64,000 nt of DNA. Origin: Octopus sinensis. Lineage: Eukaryota. Both the position numbers and the translations under genes were made by a program. The notes under the pieces are model-generated. The model was given only the letters and a program-made list of their open reading frames with translations. It made no database searches and was not told the origin of the DNA. Numbering within the stretch: position 1 is the stretch's first letter; each line of letters begins with the position of its first letter. Below are positions 26,618-38,520 of this stretch, in pieces. The DNA lies in NCBI RefSeq assembly GCF_006345805.1, contig NC_043008.1:2852001-2916000 (forward strand). Direction: 5' to 3'.

Positions 26618-27563
26618 TAGTTTTATTTTTATAGCGTGATTTCACTTCACTACCGAGCGCAGCTCTGTGTGCCTTGGGTATGTGCTGTGATTTGTTGTGA
26701 TGCTCTGATGGTTATTGTATGGAAAGTGTTCTGCGTAGGATGTGTGCAGTGCCTAGTAGTGCAATTTTCTGTATGTTATATGTGTTTGTAAGTCCTGGTG
26801 TTTTTGTTATGTATAAATGTTCTATTTCTATTTCTGATATTTTTTTGGCTTTGAGAATGTATCTTCGTACGTTAGCTAATTTATTACGGTTCATTGCTGT
26901 ATCCAAGTCTATATCTCTATTATTTTCCTTCCATATTTTATATGTATGTGTTGTTGTATTTTCATTTTGTGGGTAGAGCATTGCTGTGAAGTATGCGTGT
27001 AAGATAGAAATGTATTCCTCACGTGTCCATTTACGTCTTTTGGGTTTTAATTGCGGGACATGAGGTACAACGTCCGGCCCATTATTTTGACGGTCGTCAT
27101 TTTCGTAGGGTACCGGTCCGTTTATTTCTGTTGTCACATTATTTCGCACGTGTAGTTTTTCGTACAGTTTTTGTTGTAGGTTTAAATGTACGTACCGCTC
27201 GATTGTTATTCTTGGGTTCAATAGTATCGGTGGCATTTAATTTTTTCGTAGTTCCTTTGTACATGGTGTTTGAGGTCGGGGATGATGGTGTTGTTCCACG
27301 CATGTTTACATGTGTTGTGTTAGAGGTGGAGATAATATCGAGTCAAAATACATCATTTCGTTTCGAAAATAGTAATAAATTTCAATTCGTATTACTTACT
27401 CGGATATAGTCCAATTCTTTGTTAGTAAATCTTTGGCTCCATAGGGTGTCCTTGTTTTCGATGTTTGTGGATAGATTTCGGAGCTCTGTATTTTCCTTCT
27501 TACATCTTAAACGTCCCCGGTGTCTTTTCTCTTAAACGTCCCCGGTGTCTTTTCACGTCCCCG
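26615..27563 (-). mobile_element. Internally deleted Dong-type element of about 950 bp that keeps both ends, in (AAT)n
   Basis: Bounded by (AAT)n on both sides. It has a 5' terminal 25-bp tandem repeat, and the ORF N-terminus is joined directly to the C-terminal tail. Confidence 0.85.
26712..27236 (-). CDS. 174-aa fusion ORF: R4/Dong N-terminal domain (KRRKWTREE..Y..YKIW..KLANVRRYI) fused in frame to the element's C-terminal 33 aa
   Basis: The C-terminus IQKIALLGTAHILRRTLS is homologous to IQKIVLMGTAHILRKILS of 17415-18227. The junction at about 26814 is located by comparison with the copy at 26323-26548. Confidence 0.6.
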   Translation of the reverse strand: MPPILLNPRITIERYVHLNLQQKLYEKLHVRNNVTTEINGPVPYENDDRQNNGPDVVPHVPQLKPKRRKWTREEYISILHAYFTAMLYPQNENTTTHTYKIWKENNRDIDLDTAMNRNKLANVRRYILKAKKISEIEIEHLYITKTPGLTNTYNIQKIALLGTAHILRRTLSIQ

Positions 27564-27638
<75 letters not shown>

Positions 27639-27669
27639 GTTATTATCATCATTATTATTATTATTATTA

Positions 27670-27707
<38 letters not shown>

Positions 27708-27728
27708 ATTATATTATTATTAATATTA

Positions 27729-27761
<33 letters not shown>

Positions 27762-27897
27762 CATTATTATTATTATTATTATCATTATTATTATTACTAT
27801 TATTATTATCAGTATTATTATTATCATAATTATTATTATTATTATTACTATTATTATTATTATTATTATTATTATCATTATTATTATTATTATTATG
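27564..27897. repeat. (TTA)n microsatellite (also 26125-26322, 26560-26614 and 31155-31300)
   Basis: Direct reading. Confidence 0.97.
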
Positions 27898-28709
27898 AAG
27901 CATAACTTTAACAATTATGGGGCCTATTGAACATATTTAATGGCCACACACACTCACATGCATCTATATATGTATATGCTTCAATCCTTGTTTGTGTTTG
28001 TCCCCTAACACTGACTGACAACTGTTTTATTTTTTAAATCCTCTCCTTCAATTACTCATACGTCGAAGTCTACAGCTGTGACCATCATACATACACAAAC
28101 ACACACATGCGCACTCATGAGCGCGGGAACACACACATACACACACTAACATATATAAGTAAACACATTGACAATAAAACAGTTATTCCAATTCCTTTCA
28201 ATGGTACATCATAAACCGACCTTTCTTCTACAGACGACAAACTTCTCAAAACTTTGAAATGTTCAACTTGCAACAGCTGAATAAAACGGACAGTGAATGC
28301 CTTGTTTTTTTCGTTATTTTGCACTAATACGTTGCTTGGGAAACCATAGACACTGCAAACCTCGAAATTCATACTCCGGTCTCACTATTTTATATGTTCT
28401 TACATGTACAACTTATCCAAGTACGAAAGTTTCTGGTGAATGAAAACAATCAGCTCCTTAACTAATGTACGTTTGGAAGGAAAGAATTCAATATCATGTT
28501 TCTTAAATTTGCTTTCCAGATTGTGCCATGGTTTCACGTCCTGAAAAAGGCAAGGAAATGTTAATAGCTTAGAAAACAAAGTCTCATACAAAATTATATA
28601 TTTATTAAATTTCTACAAATGATACTTGACTCATGTGTGTTACTCTTACGTTGAATACAGTATTACATTTGCGTTCGGGTTGTTACTCCACCGAATATGC
28701 ACTAGCTAG

Positions 28710-28995
28710 GTAGATAGATAGATAGATAGATACATACATAGATACATAGAGATAGATAGATACATAGATAGATAGAGATAGAGATACATATATAGATATA
28801 TAGAGATAGAGATAGATAGATAGGTAAATAGATAGATAAATAGATAGATAGATAGATGGATAGATAGATAGGTATATACATAGATAGATAGATAGAGATA
28901 AATAGAGAGAGAGAGAGAGACAGACAGACAGATAGATAGATATATGGATAGATAGAAAGGTAGATTGATAGATAGATAGATAGATAGATAGATAT

Positions 28996-29044
<49 letters not shown>

Positions 29045-29062
29045 AAGACATACATACATATA
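28710..29062. repeat. (ATAG)n microsatellite, imperfect
   Basis: Direct reading. Confidence 0.97.
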
Positions 29063-30155
29063 TAGCGTACTATTCCGTGATGATAAGATCAACAAAATCG
29101 TACTCCACCTTGTGAGAGATAAATACTGTTTAATAAACAGAGTATATGTTTTATGTGTTACTATTAGTTTCATGTGTGTCGAAAATTATGTTAAATATAT
29201 TGAGAAAGAGAACCTGCAAAATAGTGTTTTATAACACGTCTTGTTTCTAAGTTCATTCATCGGACACTGCGCACATGGCTTAACAAACTGGAAACGGGGT
29301 GGCAGAAGAAGTGAGAAAAGTAGTGAAGGAAGTTTGTATAAAAGAGTAAATTTGAAAAACCGGGAGGGGAAAAAATAACCAGTGAAGCAAAAGGGCAGAG
29401 TTATTTCCCTTAGACCAGTAATTATAAGAATCAACACTGTCAATTAGTCCTTAACATGAAAGTAGCTACTAATCTGTCTAAAGTTAAGCTTTAGACGTTT
29501 CCCTGGATCTGAATTGCCCGCCCTATAAACTCCGTCATTAGCCCTTTTAAAAACTTTTAGTATATCCATCGCTTCCCGACCGGTTTTAATATAGTTGGAG
29601 TTCTATGAATGATATTTTAACTATTTGAAATCTTATGTGTATATTTAAGAAACATTTAGTTGCTGGCACATCTATATCTAAGATAATAATCTATTTATTC
29701 CCTTGAAATAATTGCATGTTTCGGTGAAATCATAACATTTCGTTAAGAAACAGTTTGAGTAAAACAGGCTATGAAACGTAGTTATATTCAATTATATAAT
29801 ACTGTTCCTTGCTCCTTCCCTATCTACACGCAAAATATTGCACTGCATTGATATTTTCATTTCACTTCAACCCTTGCATTACTTTAGAAAAACTTCTAAC
29901 TTTAATTTTTGTGTCTGAAAAGTTTATGAGAAGTAAACGGAGAGTGGTTTGTCACTAAAGAATTCTCAAAGAGTTCCACAACTTAAACTCGATAAGTACC
30001 CAGCACTTATTTTTGTAAGGCTATTACTTTTGCTAGCGCTCTTTTTTGCAAATCACGCGGATGTAAACAAAACAACATTGGTTGTTCGGCAATGATGGGG
30101 AGACAAACACAGACACAAGAACAACTAACAATCACAGACACATGTATGTGTATGT

Positions 30156-30203
<48 letters not shown>

Positions 30204-30270
30204 TTATAGAGATATGTGTATAAACATATATATATATACATGCATATATATATATATAATATATATATAG

Positions 30271-30462
30271 TTAATCCAAATAAGAAAGCACAAAAAACAC
30301 AACAACGCGAGGACGTGGAACAAATATAGTATTAGTGGAAAGAAGGAAAGAAGGAGGGTTTAACGTTTCGAGCGAAGCTCTTCGTCGGAAAAATAAGAGA
30401 AGGAAAGATTCAGAGAAGGGAAGACAGAGGGAAAAAAAATCGCCAATGGTACACACGAGGTC

Positions 30463-30463
<1 letters not shown>
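30271..30463 (-). mobile_element. Short (TA)n-adjacent repeat with a minimal hammerhead motif at 30358-30391; same family as 50084-50291
   Basis: Minus strand TTT-CCGACGA-A-GAGC-TTC-GCTC-GAAAC-GTT-AAAC. The element is colinear with 50084-50291. Confidence 0.75.
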
Positions 30464-30495
<32 letters not shown>

Positions 30496-30517
30496 TGTAT
30501 GTATGTATGTATGTACA

Positions 30518-30650
30518 CTAAGGGCATCTTTCAGGTTCCGTCTACCAGATCCATTCACAAGGTTCGGTCTGCCCCACACACTTTCCCAAGGTGCCTCACA
30601 GAGTGATTGGACTCTGAACCATGTGATTGGAAAGCAAATTTCTTAGCACA
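30518..30650 (-). mobile_element. SINE fragment of the family with a GGATTTGGTAGACGGAAACTGAA tail
   Basis: Reverse complement of the tail is seen here; related copies lie at 25745-25835, 54782-54880, 55795-55955 and 60345-60485. Confidence 0.75.
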
Positions 30651-31152
30651 TTTGTCTTTAAATCGGAGACTAGATTTCTCAAAACATTTAAGCGAAGCCT
30701 TTTTGAATATGCGACTTCTTATGTCATACGTTGTTAAAGGAGATTACGTAAGTTAAAATTTCGCAAGAAAATTTCGCTGTTTCTATAGAAATGATGCCAA
30801 ATAATCTCCCGTTTTGAACCAATATATTCTAATTCTGCACGGATTTCATATGGAATATTTGATTTTATAAATTAAACGCCCTAGATTTAATTTATGGTGA
30901 AACTATAGTGTGAACAACTGAAACAGAACACATTCATCTCCCTCACCTCCGGTATCTCTGTCCCTCTGCCTTAATTTTCTTTTTATTGAACTTAAACAAA
31001 GGTTAGACGGGGAAAATTTATACTCAAAATGCTATAAAAAGTCAACATAGAAATAAAGCATCCACAAAAGAACAAAACATAACAGTAAGAACAACAACAT
31101 GAATAAAAAATTCCTTCTGCAAATAGTCCAAAGCAAAGCATCAATATAATCG

Positions 31153-31203
<51 letters not shown>

Positions 31204-31262
31204 TATTATTATTATCATCATCATCATCATCATTATTATTATTATTATTATTATTATCATTA

Positions 31263-31293
<31 letters not shown>

Positions 31294-31886
31294 TATTATA
31301 TCATCTCACATTATATAAATAATAATAATAATACAAAACCATGCAGATCCTGCTTTTTAGTTTCGCTTGCAACTGCATGTAGGTAGTTCTGTAGTTCTCT
31401 GGTGAGACGCATCAAATAGATCTGATCAGCTTGCAGCTTAGTGGAACCTTTGAAGTTGAAGAACATTCAAAACAGAGAACATAAAGAACACTTTAAATAC
31501 TTTCCTAATAAATACCTACACACACAGAGGCACACTCACACACACATTTATATACGCATATATAGAAAAAAGTGTGTGTGTGTGTGTATTTGCATCTCGG
31601 TTTATTACAAGTAGCATAACAAGTACAGTGTGGTCAAAAATACGAGGAAGTTCTCTGTTGTTTGTCTTGTGATAACTGATAAACAATTGACGTGTTCAGA
31701 AGCTATATATAACCCTTCTCAGTGGAAAAGCAATACTGCAAGAGTTTGGCAGAATTCCTGAAAAACATTTCTTATTTACAAATGAAATCAAACACAAAAT
31801 AATAACGAAAACTCTAAGCCAGTCAACTCACTCAGTCACACTATTACTCTCGCTTTCTCTCTCACCTTATTAAAATGTAAATATAC

Positions 31887-31942
<56 letters not shown>

Positions 31943-32004
31943 TATAAAAAATATATATACATAAATATGTCATTATATATATATGTATGTATACATGTAT
32001 ACAT

Positions 32005-32069
<65 letters not shown>

Positions 32070-32334
32070 CATCTTTTGTTAATACTTATTTTCCTTTTTA
32101 GAGACATACATGCATGCGTACATACACCTCATTATACGTATATTTTTATACATACATAAGTCTGTGTGTGTGTATTTATATAACAAGCGTTCACTTTACC
32201 AACGTATCTATAGGAATTAATGAATAATGATTAAATTTACGAAAGTGTAGCAAGACACAGACATATAGAATTATATGCATATATATATAGTTATGTATGT
32301 ATATATACAATTTATTCATTTATTTATACACACA

Positions 32335-32406
<72 letters not shown>

Positions 32407-35400
32407 TTATATGGATGTACGTGTGCCTGTATGTGTGTGTATGTGTGTAGCTATATAGATACCTCCATTCATACACTCATACATATAATCGTGTATATTT
32501 GGCTGTATAATTGTGTGAGTGGGTGTGTTTGTTTTGTGTGTAGTCGAACATATTTATTTACTCACCCTTACATTGTATATAAATGGGGGTTATGTATATT
32601 CTTCTGTGTAGATGAAATATTTGTTATTAAAGAACTTCAAAGGTTAATACAATATTCTGAACTTTATGAACTTCCAAAAGATTTTTTTTCAATATTACAC
32701 TGTATGCGTCAATAATCACAGAAAATATTATAATCATATCATAGCAAATAAAATGTTGAAATCCAAGTGAAAACCTAGCTTGCTACGGCGGTACAGTATT
32801 CTGTATCTTTTATATAAGCCCCAAACATTATGTGCGTGCACATATATGTGGTCGCGGGCGTATCCTTGGATTCATTTATATCTCTATATATGTGTTTGTA
32901 TATGCATGTGCGTGTGTGTATATATAAATATATATTTGACTATTAATTTAAGGACTATAAGATTTGCATTGTGCATGTCTATATATCGATGCGTGTCATT
33001 TGGCAAACGTTCGATATTTGTATCGAGGGCTACGATATGTAAAGTATGGCTCTAATTATTTGTTATTTTTTTCTTAACCTCTGGTTAATTTTGCTGCATA
33101 GTTCCCTACCTTGTCCAACAAATTGATGTCTCTTTAGAGTCTAAATTTCCAATTTTTTTTCAACGTATATGAATACGTCATTTGCAGCAACAATCCATAG
33201 CAACGGCGATCGTGATGAAACAACTGCACTCGAAGAAGCATCTCCTGCTCATCTAATGATATTGATTATATCAATAAAGGATTTGGAGATGCCTTCAGAT
33301 ATTGCATTAACTTAAAGGCTTTAGTCAATTACATTTACCCACGACATATGTTCAAATAAAGTTTATAGGCCGCAAAAGAATGGAACGCAGATTTGAAATG
33401 AAAGATATTTCAACTCATAATGTAATGATTCGAAAAACATCGTTCAACATCTTTTGTCTGACAAACTAATGAACATGCAAATCCGTCAACCAAACGCCAA
33501 ATGTTAAAAAGATGTGGCGGTGTTGTTCTGATTGTAATGAGAATGGTGATGGATGCGTTACTAGGTCGTTGTTGTGTATGTTCGTAATGATGATGATGTG
33601 TGTAATGGTAGAAGAGATCCGGGAGATTATGAAGATTCTAATGAAAATTCTAACAAAAGACACCATGATAAATTACGGAAAAAAAAAAGAAATCTGTAGA
33701 ACTATTAAAGATTATTTATTTCCTTTGATTTGAAAATTTTAATAAATTTGGTGCCTTAGTATAACAAGATCTTTATAGTGTGACGTGAGTAATGATGACG
33801 ACGGTGGCGGGGATGGTGGCAGCGATGACGACGACGACGACGATGACGGTGGTGATGACGGTGACGATAAAGATAAGGATGATAACAAGGATGATAATGA
33901 TAACAATAGCAATGGTTGTAACAATAGTAATAAGAAAAATAATCTAATATCATGTCTATGAAGGTTTAATTGGTATCTGAAATGAACCTGAGAACCTCAT
34001 TGATATCAACAGCGAACTACGCGAGATCATTATTAAAATCTTTTCTTAAGGATCTATGGGTCTATTATTTTGCATCAAAATAACGATGATTAATCAAATA
34101 TGTATGTTAATAAGTTATTTCACAGAGAGCAGCCATATGAACGAGCTAGTGTAGAGCCAAACACAACAATAATGCAAGCAGACTCAACTTCTCTTGAACA
34201 TTACACACAAATTTGATAGTTTTATATATAAAAAAAATAAGGAATCATTTAAGACAAAGGAAACAAAATGCACAACTAAAATAGAAATTTTAGAAAGCTA
34301 ACTAAATTTTGTAAGACTGTTTTCCTGCAAGGAGCCGTAAGAGAAGTGACGATGGACATGGTATCTTAAGGCGGTGTACTCTTAAAATGTTTAATACGAA
34401 ACACAAAACCCCGTATCTAAATGAAAACGCCTAAAATCCAAATGACATTGTAAGCTATCGGTGAAAATACGTAGATTATTTACGTGCATACGACTGGGTA
34501 AACGTAACGCTCAAAAGCAGGATTACTATTAAAGATATGTGAAGAATGAAACAAAAAGATTATAAGTGCGAGGGAAATATAACCCAATTGGATTTTAAAA
34601 TCGTAAGGATATATGCAATAGAATCCCCGAAACAAGAATGAAAATATTCAAGGTTTGTGTTTAGCTGTCCATTCAACAGTTAAGTGTAAAATAAAATACG
34701 ACGCTCATTGTGTAGTGAAGCGCTAAATCAACTTAACGTAAGTCATAGATATAAGCAAACAATCATCTTCTCAATATGGATAATGGGAATGTATTTACAA
34801 AATATAAGACTGAGTTGGAAGACCTGTGAAATTTGTTCGTAAGTTCAAACAAGAATTGAAAGCAATTATAGGTTTCGATTAATTAGTCCAAAATTTAAAT
34901 AAGAGTATATTATCAAGAATTGAAATGTTTGCAAAAGATTCTGACGCAGTAGGCAGAAAAAAGGCCAAAACTAATTATTCATAGACTGAACATCTGTAGA
35001 ACACAACGTAAATTAGCGTAAGAGAAATTTAGAATAGTAGACATCAGAAGAGTTCTAACTCCAGAATGTGACGACATGTTCTTAATAACTGAAACGCCGC
35101 TATATTAAAACTTACATATGGCATACGTGCATCTTTCATAGCAAATTAGAGAGATCCTAACCGACACAAGGCTTTACATTTTTACCAATTCCGAGCTAAG
35201 ATTCAATGAATTATTTGATTAGAACCTATTATTCTTTGTACTGTCTTCCCGGCGTAAGTTTAAATATTATTCTAAAACAAGTCTACTTATACTTCAACAA
35301 TGCAAATACAATATAAACAGCAAAGATGGTTTCATGCTTGATATATTTTGTTTACTCCATTTGGATGCTAGAAATTATTTATAAACCTCTCACTATATCT

Positions 35401-36326
35401 ACTTACAAAATGAGTGCCAAAATTATCTACGAAAATTAACTTACAATAAATTACCATTATATTGATTCTTCAATTTGCCATTTACCAAATTAGTGTTTGG
35501 CGTTTTCTCCAGTGGGTCTGTATGGCTACACGAATGATCGCCATAGCTCTTCTGTTATTTAGTTCTCTTTCCACAGTGTCAAACCAGCTGACAAATATGC
35601 TTAGCGACTTAGATCAAACGATAAGTCGATTCCCAAAATCATAAATCATCCATGTGTTAAACATAGAAATTATAATATCAACTTCTCTTCTCCATGGAAA
35701 TATTGCTAACGCTAGTAGAATATTGTTTCATTAATAATTTAAGATATTTGGGGCAATCATTTAAATCCGATACTGAATGATAACATTGAAAATGTCAACG
35801 AGCTTTTCTACGCTTGTTATAACATCTCAGAGAAAAATAATAATTCCTCAATTCTCATCTCCAATTTATAGGATATATTGTATAAGCTTACCCATGTCCA
35901 CATTTGTTGATGTGTTGATCTCAGTATTTCGAAAATTGAAAATTTATAGTTTATTCACAGTGCAGAACCACTCGTTGCCTTCAGTTTGCATTTACAGGGT
36001 ATGTGTAAAATACGATAATTTTAATATCTAAAAGATGTCCGTTGATTGCTAAATAGATTAATACTGAGTAATTCACTAACCGTAAGAAGATCTGAAGTTG
36101 GACAATGTGTAATTTAGACCACAAGTCAGTTTGAACTAATTAGATCAATTATCAGAAGAAATAGAGACACAACAACCAATCTATTGATAGAGATAGCGGT
36201 TTGTTGGCTTCTACATAACAGTTTTTTAATGATTTTCAAATATACTAGAATAAGTTCACATATAGAGATGTAGATCAGATAGCACTCGCATCCATGCACA
36301 CACAATTTACACACACACACACACAC

Positions 36327-36394
<68 letters not shown>

Positions 36395-36518
36395 GGCATG
36401 GTCGTTACAACTACTCTGATTAGCACCGGTATCGAACATAGCTTCAAAATGAACAAGCAATAAATAATTCTACTGCAAATATTGTGAAGAGTACATCTGT
36501 GCACGTGTACATCTCAGC

Positions 36519-36604
<86 letters not shown>

Positions 36605-37781
36605 CATACATATATAAATACATACATATATTTATACACACACATATATTCACGCATACATACATACATACAGACACACATCTGACGACACACACTCACA
36701 CAAGCCAAACTAAATGCCTGCTTGTCCATTATTTCTACTCCTTTACATCAAGAGTCAATTATATCAATCAGTAGCCTTTGATTCGTATTGACCTCTAATC
36801 TATTATGAATTATGTATTATGCACGACCTTTCTGACAGATGTAGTGCTCTTTAAATTGTTATTATTCATTCAGTCATATAAAGATGGAGAAACCAGAGAG
36901 TTGTATACAACATTAAAAGCCATTATGGCACATGGAAAGCTAGTTCTCTTTCATAATTCTTCCTATAGTGCTCAGTCTACTGCTCTTAATAAATTAAAGA
37001 AACATCACATCATATATTCATTTTCTGAGATACTTGAAGTTTTGTATTTGAAGCACATATATTCAATATAATTTATCGGACTAAAAACATAAAGATATGA
37101 TATAAAATCAATATAAAATCTCCTTCAGCCTTGTATTTTCACTAATTTTATAGAACATATTGTTTAAGCTACTCATGTATACTTCATTTTATTTTCATAA
37201 TATTTATTATATATTAATCTAAATTCGCAAAATGGCAAACCACTTTAAATATATTTTTAACTGGTTAGAAATTTAGATATCAAAGATAGATTTCTGATTC
37301 AGCATTACGTAAGACTCTAAAGGGATTTCAGTGGTTGAAAAATTGAAAATTAAAGTATATTCAGTATAAAGTATACAGCAGAGTATTTCGAGATTATATT
37401 TTTACTGCTGTTGGTTAGTGATATAAAAAGAAAAGGCTATTAAGTATTAGGTAACTAAACATTAATGGAACATTAGCAATAACTGTAAGGATTATGGTAA
37501 ATCATAGAGATTCTTCTGGAAGAGAATATTTATTTTTAGTCTCTTCGATATTAATCGTAAAGAATTCATCTTCTCTTTCGTTTGAATGTAAAGCTAGGAT
37601 TAATAACATTCGAGATCTAGTGAAAGGACTGCGATACAATCATATATACACACATATATATATGCATGTATATATATATGCATGTATATATATATTGGGA
37701 TATATTTAAATGTGTATATTCATATACCTAAATATGTACATATATATATGTATATATATATACATATATGTATATATACAG

Positions 37782-37823
<42 letters not shown>

Positions 37824-38324
37824 ATACGTGTGTATGGCTGGTTGTCTGGTTGTCCATATGTAAACACCTCGCATTTTATGACCAATGCAGCACTCCGGCG
37901 AAAGCTCTTTCCTCTACAGCTTGGTGTCTGCTACTTTACACTGAAGTGTTCTCTTTCTTGTCTCTGTTTTTATTTGTATTCTTTGCTTCGTTTTCAATAT
38001 CATTTCCTCGCACTGACTTTTCTTTCTTTTTATTTCATACGTTCCAAAAAATTCCCTTAAGTAAAAATGTTGGCTGTTTGATTTCCGGTGTTGCCTTGTC
38101 CTGCCGTTATTTTATGATCTATTAATATGAATATTCTAGACTCTTGTCAAGGCGACGTTTTGTTTGGCCTCTTTCATCTTAGCCTCATTTTCATGCTATT
38201 AAATCTCCACGTTTATCTGGTTAAGTGTATCCTCTTTCCATTGCCCAGTTTTTTCTGGATTTGTTTCAATTATTTCATCTCGTATCGTAAAAAAGAAAAT
38301 AGATTCCTTGGCGTGTCATAAAAT

Positions 38325-38520
38325 ACAAAGGGCTGGTTTCCCAAATTCCCTGCTGTGTATATTCCCCACATGCATGGGACGGGTGTCCGTCGCAGGATTA
38401 CTCTTGTTTGCCAGGTGTTTCAGCTGGAGTAATGTGAAATGACTTATTTTGCTCAAGAACGCAACGTCACGCGTTGCACGGTCAATCATGAGGGAACGTA
38501 ATACCTGATCAGCATAGCAA
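38325..38520 (-). mobile_element. Degenerate SINE body
   Basis: CTGGAGTAATGTGAAATGACTTATTTTGCTCAAGAAC resembles the central motif of the 5897-6250 SINE. Confidence 0.6.
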
